From contig OZ244587.1 in assembly GCA_965218095.1 (NCBI GenBank), positions 5,504,001 to 5,568,000 of the forward strand: a stretch of DNA of 64,000 nt, in the 5' to 3' direction. The position numbers and the translations under genes are program-made. The DNA is from Candidatus Poribacteria bacterium. GTDB taxonomy: Bacteria > Poribacteria > WGA-4E > PCPOR2b. The notes under the pieces are model-generated. The model had not been told where the DNA came from. It saw nothing but the letters and a program-made list of their open reading frames with translations, and made no database searches. This document shows, in pieces, positions 44,477 through 54,859 of this stretch (the first letter of the stretch is position 1; every line of letters begins with the position of its first letter).

Positions 44477-45976
44477 CTACATGGGCCCAATCCGTCGGGG
44501 CCCGCGGTCCATTGCCAACATTGATGCGTCATAGCTACGCTTCATCATCTCCAGCTTGAGACGCTGGAGGTCCGGTTCATCCCACAGGTTCTCAAACTCA
44601 CCCGGGTCAGTCGCCAAGTCGTAGAGCTCTCCATGTTCGTGTCCATGATATACCACCAGCTTATACCGCTCATCCCGGTACATCGTGGCAAAGGTACCAT
44701 CCGGCAGGTCAACGGCATCGTAGTACTCACAGCGGACGTAATCCCGATGATAATCAGCGGCAACCTCTCCCCTGAGGCTGAGCAGCAGCGATCGCCCCTG
44801 CATCTGCTCCGGTACGTTCAAATGAGCCAACTCCAGCAGGGTTGGCGCTTTGTCAAGCAGTTCTACCAGCGCATCGCTTTTCAACCCCTCCTCAAACTGT
44901 CCAGGCCAGGAGAAGATGAGCGGGACTCGGACCAGCCCCTCGTAGAACCGACACCCCTTCTGGATCAGCCCGTGATCGCCGAGCATTTCCCCGTGATCAC
45001 TGGTGAAGATCACCACCGTTTGTTCACGCTGCCCGGTTTCCTCCAGCACACCTAAGATACGTCCCACCTGATCATCGATCAACTTGATCATAGCGTAATA
45101 AGCGGCTTGCAGAGTTTTAGCGTTCTGTGCGCCTTGTGATGCTTGGTCAGGTTGGCCCCCTTGCTGCGGACTTTGGGGTAAGATCGGGCTGCGGATGTCC
45201 AGTTCGTCCGGAGACCGTCCCTTTGACTGGAAATCAACCGCTTCCAGCTTCTGTTGCTGTTCTAAGTCGCTTTCTCGGAAAAGCGGTCCCGGCATCTTCG
45301 ATGGCTCAAACATATCCCGGTAGGTCTTCGGCGGATTGAAGGGGGGATGGGGGTCGTAGATATTCACGCTTGCCAACCAGGGGGCATCCCGTTTTTGCTG
45401 AATAAATTCAATTGTCTTTTCCGCGCACCAGGTAGTTTGGTGGAGTTCAGCAGGAACCCCGTCAATACTTCTGGTCAACTCTCCCAGAATATACCCCTTT
45501 GACCGCGCCCAGTCTGCGTAGTCGTGTCCCTTCTCCCAGTCATCACGGGGTGCGTGGCTGTACTGCCAGTAGCGGTATCCGTCGTTCACGCGGGGTTCGA
45601 GGCGGCGGTACGCACTGGCAAGGTGTAGCTTGCCAATTAGACCGCAGTCATACCCGGCCTCGGATAGAATGCGGGTCACCAAGGGCGGGCTGTCCGGGAA
45701 GCATTCATTCCCGTTGCCGTTTACATGAACAACGCTCGGGTACATCCCAGTCAGAAAACTCGCTCGACTCGGCGTGCAGATTGGGCTCTGGCAGTAGGCG
45801 TGAGTGAAGGCTACCCCCTCCCGGACCAACCGATCGATATTCGGGGTTGAAACATGTGGGTTGCCCAGGGCACCAATCGTGTCGTAACGCTGCTGGTCTG
45901 TGCAGATCCAGAGGATGTTCGGACGCGGGCGCCCATTGTTTTTGTTGTTGTTCATAGTCATGTTGAATCTCCTCAT
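44477..45976 (-). CDS. Sulfatase
   Basis: PNILWICTDQQR, CTPSRASFLTG, GKLH, SDHGEMLGDHG. Confidence 0.93.
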   Translation of the reverse strand: MRRFNMTMNNNKNNGRPRPNILWICTDQQRYDTIGALGNPHVSTPNIDRLVREGVAFTHAYCQSPICTPSRASFLTGMYPSVVHVNGNGNECFPDSPPLVTRILSEAGYDCGLIGKLHLASAYRRLEPRVNDGYRYWQYSHAPRDDWEKGHDYADWARSKGYILGELTRSIDGVPAELHQTTWCAEKTIEFIQQKRDAPWLASVNIYDPHPPFNPPKTYRDMFEPSKMPGPLFRESDLEQQQKLEAVDFQSKGRSPDELDIRSPILPQSPQQGGQPDQASQGAQNAKTLQAAYYAMIKLIDDQVGRILGVLEETGQREQTVVIFTSDHGEMLGDHGLIQKGCRFYEGLVRVPLIFSWPGQFEEGLKSDALVELLDKAPTLLELAHLNVPEQMQGRSLLLSLRGEVAADYHRDYVRCEYYDAVDLPDGTFATMYRDERYKLVVYHGHEHGELYDLATDPGEFENLWDEPDLQRLKLEMMKRSYDASMLAMDRGPRRIGPM

Positions 45977-46157
45977 AGGCTTAGCAGATATGCTCCATAA
46001 ACAGTCAGCAGAGAGATTTTCTCCCGAAAATGGTTATTCCTCTGTGTACACCATACCTTCTATGTCATGTGTCTCTGATCCCTGGTCCCCACCTATGGCA
46101 TGTGTGCTTCCTCCTGAGGACCTTTCATTCCGACATACGATCCGAACTTGTAATTCT

Positions 46158-47030
46158 TCATGACTGCCAGTGTGCCGGCACAATGGCATCCGTAAATCCC
46201 AATTGCTCGGAGATCCAGCCTTCCTGATAAAGCCCATTCTTGTAGGAGGAATGTTCGCTCTGCTTCACCTCGCTTTCGCCACCTAACGCCTCGGTCAATG
46301 GTGCGAGTGCCTGTAGGTCTCCCCAAAGCAGTGTCCGCGCACGAACAGCGGGGGCAAAGAAGAGCGGGTCAAAATAGGACAGCGTCCGCTTAACTCGTGC
46401 CTGCTTCTTTGGAAAGAGACGGAGATAATCTTCAACCTCCCCAGGTACTCGCTCGCGAGCGGTGTAAAATTGCCCTGGCGCAGCCACTACATGCGTTACG
46501 TCAGGTCGGAGCGCCGCCGTCATCAGCGGCAGGTCATCTTGCTGGACCGCCGCCAACCGGGAACGGTCTGCCTCCCGCCGCGTCAGCAGGTAGTCCACCG
46601 CCCTCAACCAATCCGCGACAATGCTGCGAAAGATGTAGGTCTCAGGGGCGTCGACTCCCTCAGTCATCAAACCTGGAAACATTGCTGCGAACGGCTTGTC
46701 GGCGTTGCGCTGTCCCCGCCCGGCAGTCGAAAAGATGAGGAACCGCCCGCGCTTCTCGCTGGCATCCCCTTGCGGCAATGGATTCACGACGCTGTGATAG
46801 CCAGGCCCAAGTAGCAAGCTCGGAAACGGTCCGTCCCCGTGTGGAATGCTCAGATAACCGAACAATCGATAAGGTCCGATGCTAGTGAAGCGCACCGTGT
46901 AGCAGTCGCAGAACTCTGTAGATCGGATCGGTAAATGTTCCTCTTCGGCAGCGATGGGTACGGCTGCCAATTCACGGCAGACCTGCTGCCAGTAGTTGTC
47001 GAAATCTTCTGGTCGAGATATGTTAGACAT
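46158..47030 (-). CDS. Acetylxylan esterase (CE7)-like protein lacking the nucleophile motif
   Basis: RPEDFDNYW, LSYFD; GxSxG replaced by VQQDD. Confidence 0.72.
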   Translation of the reverse strand: MSNISRPEDFDNYWQQVCRELAAVPIAAEEEHLPIRSTEFCDCYTVRFTSIGPYRLFGYLSIPHGDGPFPSLLLGPGYHSVVNPLPQGDASEKRGRFLIFSTAGRGQRNADKPFAAMFPGLMTEGVDAPETYIFRSIVADWLRAVDYLLTRREADRSRLAAVQQDDLPLMTAALRPDVTHVVAAPGQFYTARERVPGEVEDYLRLFPKKQARVKRTLSYFDPLFFAPAVRARTLLWGDLQALAPLTEALGGESEVKQSEHSSYKNGLYQEGWISEQLGFTDAIVPAHWQS

Positions 47031-47374
47031 ACAGGATTCCTTTAGGATGGTTCATTTTGACATCTGAGTTTGGTTTACGCGCTAACTTCGAACTTATAGC
47101 GAGTAAAACGCGCGCTTCTCCCGTCAGCCTCAACGAAGTAACGAATCTCTCGCACCTCAACGAGGAGATTCTTCGCTGCGCTCTATTAGGTTTCCAAGAA
47201 ACTACCCGCAATGAGTTCTTCTCCGAAAAGTAGGCAAGATGCAAAGATGGCGTGAGGTACTATAGTGCGTCACGCCAGAAGTATTTGGACAGTTAAATGG
47301 TCAATATAGACCCCGATCGACGATCCGGGTTTGAGCTTTGGTAACTGCCCGAGCATTTATGCTTCAAAGCACTA

Positions 47375-47502
47375 AGGTCTGTTGACAAACTCGGGGAAAT
47401 GTAGGAACAGAATGGTTCGGCGGGAGCCTCAACCGTGTTCCTCCAAATGGTGAAGGGAGGGCAAGGCTCCCGCAGCGCCTCACTTAGTTCGTCAACACGC
47501 TC
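47375..47502. mobile_element. MITE-like element
   Basis: Ends AGGTCTGTTGACAAACT / AGTTCGTCAACACGCTC, related to 37184-37306. Confidence 0.55.
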
Positions 47503-47624
47503 GCTCTAGCCATGTGAGATCCCGCGTAACGGGGCGAATCTTTATCTTGCCTCCTGTATCTTACTATCGGTTGCACCACGTTCCCGACTCATTTTCAAGT
47601 CGAAATGTCGGCTTATTTTGGAAT

Positions 47625-48566
47625 TCAGCCCTCTTTTAGATGCGTTTTGAAGAAATCATCCAGGACTGTGCTATGGTGAACAATGCCGGCGTCGTGTCCA
47701 TGTCCATCATAGGGATAGAGATGTTTGTCTTCGGATGCAATGCTACGCCAGACAGCGTAGCCAGTCTCCGGCGGGCAGACGTTGTCCTGCAAACCGATGT
47801 AAACCATAATAGGGCAGGTGATACGCGGCGCAAAGTTAATGCCGTCGAAGTAAGCCAGCGTCTCGCGCACTGCAGCTTTCCGCTTTGGATAGAGCCGCAA
47901 GTAATCACGGATTTCCTGATACGGATAAGTGTGGGCCAACTCAATCGCATCCATAAACCCACAGAGGAACGGCGCACCTGCGACAGCGGCTCGCACCTCG
48001 GGTCGCAGCGCCGTTGTGGCAATCGTTAACCCCCCGCCCTGACTGCTGCCGGCTACGCCGATGCGCTCACTGTCTACCTCGTCGCGTGAAAGTAAAAAAT
48101 CAATTACCCGTATCGCATCAATATAGAAGCCGCGATAAGAGTATGTGTTACGGTCTACAATGTTATAAGTCAGCAGCCCGGGGTAACCCGGATTGAACTG
48201 TTGGTTGCTGCGAATCTTCCCACGTGGTGCAGCACCGAAAGCCGCGTAGCCTTGGCGTGCGCTCTCACGCGGGATGGATGGGTCGCTGAGGTAGCCTGGC
48301 ATGTGTACAATTGCAGGCAGTTTCCCCGATTGGTCACATGGTAAGCAATACCAGCCAGCGATGCGCACGCCGTCGATGCTGTCATAATGCACATCATAAA
48401 CTTCGACCTCTGGCGTGCAACGTATCGGCACTAACTCCATCGTCGCGTTCAGCGGAATCTGCGCTGACTCCACCAACAGGTCATCCCAGAACGCGTCGAA
48501 GTCAGGAGGCTGCGTGACTATCGTCTGGTATTGGTCAGGCGGGATTCTACTCATTTTTTTCATCAC
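47625..48566 (-). CDS. Acetylxylan esterase / cephalosporin-C deacetylase (CE7)
   Basis: PPDFDAFW, GSSQGG, D..CPP, HGH catalytic triad. Confidence 0.9.
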   Translation of the reverse strand: MMKKMSRIPPDQYQTIVTQPPDFDAFWDDLLVESAQIPLNATMELVPIRCTPEVEVYDVHYDSIDGVRIAGWYCLPCDQSGKLPAIVHMPGYLSDPSIPRESARQGYAAFGAAPRGKIRSNQQFNPGYPGLLTYNIVDRNTYSYRGFYIDAIRVIDFLLSRDEVDSERIGVAGSSQGGGLTIATTALRPEVRAAVAGAPFLCGFMDAIELAHTYPYQEIRDYLRLYPKRKAAVRETLAYFDGINFAPRITCPIMVYIGLQDNVCPPETGYAVWRSIASEDKHLYPYDGHGHDAGIVHHSTVLDDFFKTHLKEG

Positions 48567-48618
48567 ATCTCCTTGTACTAAGAGTGCGGGGAATTTCTAC
48601 CGGTCAAGGAAATTAGAA

Positions 48619-48647
48619 TTGACAGAAGTCATCAACAATGCTATCTT
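48619..48647 (+). promoter_or_regulatory. sigma70-type promoter
   Basis: TTGACA-17bp-TATCTT with extended TG. Confidence 0.5.
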
Positions 48648-48676
48648 ATTTAGCAGAGGAAAGGGAGGTAGTTACG

Positions 48677-49045
48677 ATGCGACTGTGGTACAGACGCACA
48701 ATTTGGCTTTGGGTTTTACTTGTCATTGGTTGTGGCGCAACGCACCAATCTGAACCAGCAAACAAACCTCCGGTCGCGGGACACGGCAACCCGTATTTTG
48801 ATCAGGGTAACACCTACCTCAAAAAAAAGGAGTATCACAAGGCAATCGAACAGTATCAGCAGGCATTGCGTTTGGATCCGGATGTTGCAATTATTCACGC
48901 TGCACTCGGTTGGGCATATTATAACGTGGGGATGCTTGATGCCGCCATTGCCGAAGGTGAAGAAGTCATGCGCTTAGAGCCAAATCACCCCGATATACCA
49001 AAGTTGATGGAATTGCTTTACCAACAACGGAATCGACAGCGGTAA
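48677..49045 (+). CDS. TPR-repeat lipoprotein
   Basis: LVIGC lipobox; TPR consensus YFDQGNTY..AIEQYQQALRLDP. Confidence 0.82.
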   Translation: MRLWYRRTIWLWVLLVIGCGATHQSEPANKPPVAGHGNPYFDQGNTYLKKKEYHKAIEQYQQALRLDPDVAIIHAALGWAYYNVGMLDAAIAEGEEVMRLEPNHPDIPKLMELLYQQRNRQR

Positions 49046-49107
49046 GAACGTGACACGTGATGAGTGAAACGCGGAGGGGTTGATTCGCTAATTCATCGAT
49101 CGGTTCA

Positions 49108-49998
49108 TCAAGTTGTCAAAGTTCTGACAAAGTTATCCATGAACCGATCCGCATCGACAGAAACGCAGACGGAAGCGTTTGGCTCACCGTTTGTTGGGAT
49201 CGTTGCCCCACGCAGATAATCGGCGCGTGTTTCGATCTCAATCCGCATCTCACGCCTTTCGCAGAAGGTCGGATCAATCAGCATCCCAACCGCCAACGGG
49301 TCATGGAGTGTTGGGCGTGGCTCAGGGTTATCTTCTCCCCACAGATGGATCAGCTCAAAACAGATCTGGTTAATCGGACGGTCTACGGCCCCAATGGCTT
49401 TCACCTGATCATAGCGCATGACACACTTCGCCGTGACATCAAGCCCGACCATTGTGATTGGTACCCCTGTGCTGAAGACAACCCGCGTGGCTTCGGGGTC
49501 GCAGAGCGCATTCCACTCTGGGCTGACCCGATCTGTCACACCGCCCATCATACAGATCTTTGCTTTCTGTGCCAGGCGCGGCTCCGTGATGAACGCCGCG
49601 GCAATGTTCGTCAAAGGCCCGATAGGGACGAGTGTGATGTCGCCATTGCCGGACATCACCGTGTCAATGATAAAGTCAACAGCATGACCGGACTGCGGTT
49701 TGATTGATGGCTGCTGTTTCTTCAAGAGCTCCATCTGGCGTGGACGATGATTTGCTGCGACCCCTTCCCAATCTGGAATGGATTGGAGAATGGTCTTGCC
49801 GATTCCTGCATAAACGGGAATATCCGTTCGATCTAACGCCTCCAGCACACAACACGCAAGTTCTGCGCGCTCCTCCACATTCTTGAAGACCGTTGTCACA
49901 CCGAGCAAATCAATTTTACCACTTAGAATCGCAAAGGTCAAGGCAAGTGTGTCGTCAATATCGTCACCAATATCCGTATCAAGTATAATTTTCTGCAT
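49108..49998 (-). CDS. Nucleoside hydrolase (IUNH family)
   Basis: DTDIGDDIDD, GPLTN, EWN..DPEA, HDP. Confidence 0.92.
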   Translation of the reverse strand: MQKIILDTDIGDDIDDTLALTFAILSGKIDLLGVTTVFKNVEERAELACCVLEALDRTDIPVYAGIGKTILQSIPDWEGVAANHRPRQMELLKKQQPSIKPQSGHAVDFIIDTVMSGNGDITLVPIGPLTNIAAAFITEPRLAQKAKICMMGGVTDRVSPEWNALCDPEATRVVFSTGVPITMVGLDVTAKCVMRYDQVKAIGAVDRPINQICFELIHLWGEDNPEPRPTLHDPLAVGMLIDPTFCERREMRIEIETRADYLRGATIPTNGEPNASVCVSVDADRFMDNFVRTLTT

Positions 49999-50122
49999 AT
50001 TTCCCCCGCATAAATATGAACTAACCCCGATAGCAGATCAAGATTTCATTGATTGTGAGAAGTTTACCAGAAGTTCATTAAATAATCCAGAAATAACGGC
50101 TTTGAAAGAAAGGAAACTGATA

Positions 50123-50929
50123 ATGAAAATTGGCGCTTCGACGATATTCCATCGTAACCGTCCGCTAAACTGGACGCTCTTCCATGAATTCCAGCAAGCA
50201 GGGATTGAATCGCTGGAATTGACAGATTATCACCCTGAGTTTTCGTACACAGAGCTTGAGGCATTTACAGCATTGCGCTTGGGGATGACAAACTTGTCGC
50301 TACATCTCAACTCACTTCACATTCACCTTGAGATCTTCGACAGCGACTACGATCTCGCAACGCTCGACGCCATTCAACGAGAAAAGACGCTTGTCGCCTA
50401 CTGTCAGGCGGTTAATGCCATGGAGGTCCTGGGCGGTGGTATCCTTGTGACGCATCACATCCAGATTCCTGAACCTGACGACGCGCTGCATGCGGAAAAG
50501 CGCACCGCATTTCTCGACAATTTGCACACCATTGCGCAATATGCTGCCCCCATGGGAGTTTCCTTCGCTCTGGAAAATACGCCGCGCGGCTATACCCGTG
50601 AACCCACGCGCCTTGTCCAATTGATGATGGATTTGGGTGCGCCAAACGTCGGCGTCTGTATTGATACGGGACATCACAACATCGTCGGCGACCCGGTGGA
50701 AGCCCTGCGGATTATTGGAAAACATCTGTTTACCTTACACCTGCATGACAATCACGGTGAGCAAGATGAACATCTCTGCCCCGGACTCGGTGCCATCGAT
50801 TGGAACGGCGTCGTGGGTGTATTAGGTGAGATTGAGTATTCTGGGGTATTCATGTATGAACTCAGCCGATCAGAAGATTTAGCGAGAATTCGCCCAAACG
50901 CTGACCAACTCCTAGAACGTGAAGTGTGA
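50123..50929 (+). CDS. Sugar phosphate isomerase/epimerase family protein
   Basis: ALEN, DTGH, HLHDN, G.IDW. Confidence 0.88.
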   Translation: MKIGASTIFHRNRPLNWTLFHEFQQAGIESLELTDYHPEFSYTELEAFTALRLGMTNLSLHLNSLHIHLEIFDSDYDLATLDAIQREKTLVAYCQAVNAMEVLGGGILVTHHIQIPEPDDALHAEKRTAFLDNLHTIAQYAAPMGVSFALENTPRGYTREPTRLVQLMMDLGAPNVGVCIDTGHHNIVGDPVEALRIIGKHLFTLHLHDNHGEQDEHLCPGLGAIDWNGVVGVLGEIEYSGVFMYELSRSEDLARIRPNADQLLEREV

Positions 50930-50955
50930 TACGTCGGTCTGTTTCCGATTTACGC

Positions 50956-50984
50956 TTGACTTATGGACGAACAGTTGATACAAT
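50956..50984 (+). promoter_or_regulatory. sigma70-type promoter
   Basis: TTGACT-17bp-TACAAT. Confidence 0.55.
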
Positions 50985-51086
50985 GCGTCTCGTCGAAAGG
51001 AAGCTCATATAAATATCAATCCTGAAATCATAGAAATCAAAAATATCGTTCAACAGAACAGAGACATCCTCTAGCAGCACGGTGAA

Positions 51087-51383
51087 ATGTTGATGGAGGT
51101 TATCAAAGAACAGAATTACTTGCGCGGCGCGCTAGATCAGGTAAACGAGCGGTTTAGTTCACTCGATGCACGTATAGATTCACTGGAAAGTCGTATAGTT
51201 TCCGTGGAAAATCGAATGATTTCGCTCGAAGAGCGCATGATTTCGCTTGAGGCTTGTGTCAGTGAGGTTCAGTCACGTTTGAGCAGAAAAATTCGAGATA
51301 ACCTCAGGTGGCTGATCGGGCTGATGATTCCAGTTTGGTTTGGTATACTTGTTGCCATCATCGTTGAGTTGGTTAAGGGCTAA
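51087..51383 (+). CDS. Coiled-coil protein with C-terminal TM anchor (possibly a 5'-decayed pseudogene)
   Basis: Heptad SLExR repeats plus hydrophobic tail; upstream in-frame ATA after an RBS and TAG at 51072. Confidence 0.55.
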   Translation: MLMEVIKEQNYLRGALDQVNERFSSLDARIDSLESRIVSVENRMISLEERMISLEACVSEVQSRLSRKIRDNLRWLIGLMIPVWFGILVAIIVELVKG

Positions 51384-51394
51384 CGGAGGTAACA

Positions 51395-52801
51395 ATGGAA
51401 GATATACTTCACAGTTCAATCGCTCAACTCGCGGAGCTCATCCGGAGGGGGGAAATCTCCCCCGTTGAACTCATAGAAATCACATTTCAGGCGATTGATC
51501 AAAGTGAACCGCAGCTAAACGCTTTCATCACGCTGTTTCGTGAGGAAAGCCTTGAGAGCGCGAGACAAGCAGAAACAGAGATTCAGCGAGGTGAAGATCG
51601 CGGACCCTTACACGGGATACCAATTGCTCTCAAAGACATCATCTGTGTGGCTGGAACGCGCAGTACATGTGGCTCGAAGTTCTTTTCTGATGAAGCACCG
51701 CAGTTCGATGCCACGCTTGTCTCCAAGTTGAAGCGGGCGGGCGCAATTATTATCGGCAAGACGAATTTGCATGAATTTGCCTTCGGTGTGACGACGGAGA
51801 ACCCCCACTTTGGCGCAACCGCTAATCCGTGGGATACCTCCCGCGTTCCGGGAGGGTCGAGTGGCGGTTCAGCGGCAGCCATCGTCGCGGGATTCTGCGC
51901 GGGCGCGTTGGGCAGCGATACGGGTGGATCGATTCGCATTCCGGCGGCGGTGTGTGGGCATGTGGGGTTGAAGCCGACCTACGGGCGCATCAGTGTCCAC
52001 GGGGTGATTGAACTTGCGCAGTCCCTGGATTGTGTCGGTCCGATGTGCCGTCATGTTCACGATGTCGCGGTCATGATGAATGTCCTTGCCGGCTACAATG
52101 CCTGCGATGTGCATAGCGAAGATCAACCTGTGCCGGACTATACCGAAGGATTGGATCGGCCTATCGGCAGCCGAAAAGCCGGCATCCCCAAACAGCATTT
52201 CTTTGATAACCTCGACCCCGAAATCGAGCGTGCGGTGGGTGAAGCGATTAAGGTCCTGGAGGGGTTAGGAGTGGAGATTAGCGAAATCGACCTTCCGTCT
52301 GTAGAGGCAGGGCATGAGGCAACGCTGACGATTGTGATGGCGGAAGCAAGCCACTTCCATCAGCAATGGCTTGAAGACCATCGAGCGGATTACGGAGTTG
52401 ATGTGCGAGAGGTGCTCGAAGCCGGTCTGTCGTTGCTGGCGTTGGATTACGTGAAGGCAGTTCGAGCGCGAGAAATCGCAAGACGCGAATTTTCGCAGAC
52501 GTATGAGCGGGTTGATTTCATTGTATCGCCGACTACCGCTATCCCTGCTCCCCTTCGCAGCACGCATGATTTGTCTGGTAGCAGCGAGTCCAACCGCATC
52601 CGTCCACGTTTGACCCAGAATACCCGTCTCTTTAACCTGCTCGGTTCACCGTCCATCTCCGTGCCGTGTGGTTTTACGGAAGAGAGATTGCCCATCGGGC
52701 TTCAAATTGCCGGGAAATGGTGGTCTGAAAAAATGCTGCTTCAAGTTGCTCATGCTTACGAAAGGGCAACTACCTGGCACACCATGCGTCCTGCACTTTA
52801 G
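51395..52801 (+). CDS. Amidase (GatA-like signature family)
   Basis: GGSSGGS, GSDTGGSIRIPA, GLKPTYG. Confidence 0.93.
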   Translation: MEDILHSSIAQLAELIRRGEISPVELIEITFQAIDQSEPQLNAFITLFREESLESARQAETEIQRGEDRGPLHGIPIALKDIICVAGTRSTCGSKFFSDEAPQFDATLVSKLKRAGAIIIGKTNLHEFAFGVTTENPHFGATANPWDTSRVPGGSSGGSAAAIVAGFCAGALGSDTGGSIRIPAAVCGHVGLKPTYGRISVHGVIELAQSLDCVGPMCRHVHDVAVMMNVLAGYNACDVHSEDQPVPDYTEGLDRPIGSRKAGIPKQHFFDNLDPEIERAVGEAIKVLEGLGVEISEIDLPSVEAGHEATLTIVMAEASHFHQQWLEDHRADYGVDVREVLEAGLSLLALDYVKAVRAREIARREFSQTYERVDFIVSPTTAIPAPLRSTHDLSGSSESNRIRPRLTQNTRLFNLLGSPSISVPCGFTEERLPIGLQIAGKWWSEKMLLQVAHAYERATTWHTMRPAL

Positions 52802-52857
52802 CATAGATAGATCACCAAGTTTTCGCTGTTATTTTAACTATTGTTATGGTGTAATTA

Positions 52858-53677
52858 GGTTCTGTTGACATTTGAGTATAAGGTTGTGGCATAATAGAAG
52901 AATGATGCCAATAACCTTACCTGATGAACAATGGAATAAGATATACCGGTTTCTTCTAAGCTGTCCCACCATCTATGTTGGCGACGAAGCTGCTACACGC
53001 CGCTTCGTCGAAGCCGTCCTGTGGGTGACTCGTAGCGGGGCTCAATGGAGACTTCTACCAGACACCTATGGCAAATGGAACACCCGCTACAAGCGTTTTG
53101 CTCGATGGTGCGACAAAGGTATCTTCACACAGATGCACCCCCACTTCGCCTCTGACCCCGATATCGAGTCGCTTATTGTGGACAGTACCATCTGCCGCGC
53201 TCACCCGTGTGCGGCGGGCGCCTTAAAAAAAACGGTGGGACTGAAAACCAAGCATTAGGTCGGTTTCGGGGCGGTTTCAGTACAAAAATTCACATCACAG
53301 TTGACGGACTAGGCAATCCGCTAAGAATTCATCTGACACCCGGTCAGAGACATGACATAACTGAGGCGGAAGGGTTGATAATCGGATATAACAGTGAATA
53401 TGTGATTGGAGACAAGGGGTACGATTCGGACGCTTTTATCGCGGTTATCAAGGCGAATGGAGCGATTGCGGTGATACCGCCAAAAAGTCATCGTGTTGAC
53501 CAAAGAACGTATGACAAACACTTATACAAAGAGAGACATCGGGTTGAATGTTTCATCAACAAGATAAAATGGTATCGTCGTATCTTCTCTCGGTTTGAGA
53601 AGTTAGCTGTCCGTTATTTTGGATTTCTCAGCTTTGTCGCCACTCTTATATGGCTCCGTTGAAATGTCAACAGAACC
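52858..53677 (+). mobile_element. IS5-family insertion sequence (copy 2)
   Basis: 820 bp, IR GGTTCTGTTGACATTT, TA flanks, orfA/orfB with an A-run frameshift. Confidence 0.93.
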
Positions 53678-53728
53678 TAACTAAAATTACAAATCTATTC
53701 CATAAACCCATTTTCAAAGGAGAGCCCA

Positions 53729-54406
53729 ATGTGCGGACGATTTACGCTGAAAACAGAACCTGAGACTTTGACGGAAACCTTTCCCGGCTTCACCATGCCG
53801 GATGAACTTTCTCCTAGTTACAATATCGCGCCATCTCAGGAAGTCGCTGTTGTCCCAAACAACGGTGAGAACAAAGTGGAATTCTTTCAGTGGGGGCTAA
53901 TTCCGTCTTGGGCAAAAGACCCCAAAATCGGCAATCGCATGATTAATGCACGTGCCGAGACTCTTGCCGAAAAACCCTCCTTTCGGATGCCCTACAAGCG
54001 GCGCCGCTGTCTCGTTCTTGCAGATGGATTTTATGAATGGCGACAAGAACCGAGGAGTAAATCCAAAACCCCGATATACATTCGACTTGAATCTGACAAA
54101 CCCTTTGCCTTCGCGGGACTATGGGAAGTATGGCATCCGTCGGCGGACAACGATCCCCTCTTTTCCTGCACGATCATCACAACCACTCCTAACTCGCTAC
54201 TGGAAACCATTCACAGGTGCATGCCGGTCATCCTTGACCCTGATGCTTACGATCAGTGGTTAGAACCGCACGAGCAATCCCCTGATCAGTTGAACGGACT
54301 TCTCAAGCCGTATCTCGCTGAGGAGATGACAGCCTATCTAGTCTCGCGTTTGGTCAATTCTCCGAAGAATGACTTACCGGACTGCATCTTGCTGGTGGAG
54401 GCATAG
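53729..54406 (+). CDS. SOS response-associated peptidase (SRAP/YedK family)
   Basis: N-terminal MCGRF, INARAET, GFYEW, IH.xMPVIL. Confidence 0.93.
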   Translation: MCGRFTLKTEPETLTETFPGFTMPDELSPSYNIAPSQEVAVVPNNGENKVEFFQWGLIPSWAKDPKIGNRMINARAETLAEKPSFRMPYKRRRCLVLADGFYEWRQEPRSKSKTPIYIRLESDKPFAFAGLWEVWHPSADNDPLFSCTIITTTPNSLLETIHRCMPVILDPDAYDQWLEPHEQSPDQLNGLLKPYLAEEMTAYLVSRLVNSPKNDLPDCILLVEA

Positions 54407-54453
54407 GAAAGCAGAAAAAGTGAGGGGTGCCAGACCTCAATTGGTGACTCAAA

Positions 54454-54780
54454 ATGCTAACGAAAGAATTCATTGAAACAAGGAAATTAGAACGAAATGA
54501 TAAATTTTTCGCCGAAGTCCTTGGGCCAACGAGTGATGAACAGAAGTTGCTCTTCGTCCTCGAAAAGCTTGGGAAATTGCCGCGCGATTTTGATGGAAGC
54601 GTATTCTTACGGCTACTGCAACACCCAAACGCCAAAATTCGTTTGCTTGCCGTAAAGAATCTTGGAAAGTTAAAGGCTGTATCGTGGCTTGGCGCTGTTA
54701 AGGAATTTAAGGCAACGTGTAAAAAGCCCTGGACAGAATCCTCCCAGTCCCACTCACCGATGATGTTCAACGTTCTGTAA
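54454..54780 (+). pseudogene. Truncated HEAT-repeat protein N-terminus
   Basis: LLQHPNAKIRLLAVKNLGKL HEAT-like repeat; reads into unrelated sequence after about 54690. Confidence 0.5.
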
Positions 54781-54859
54781 CTCCCGACATTGTTCTTCAG
54801 AAACAGCGTGGTCAATACAGTTCCGAATTTTTAGTTGAGTTTGAAGAGGATTTTCGATT

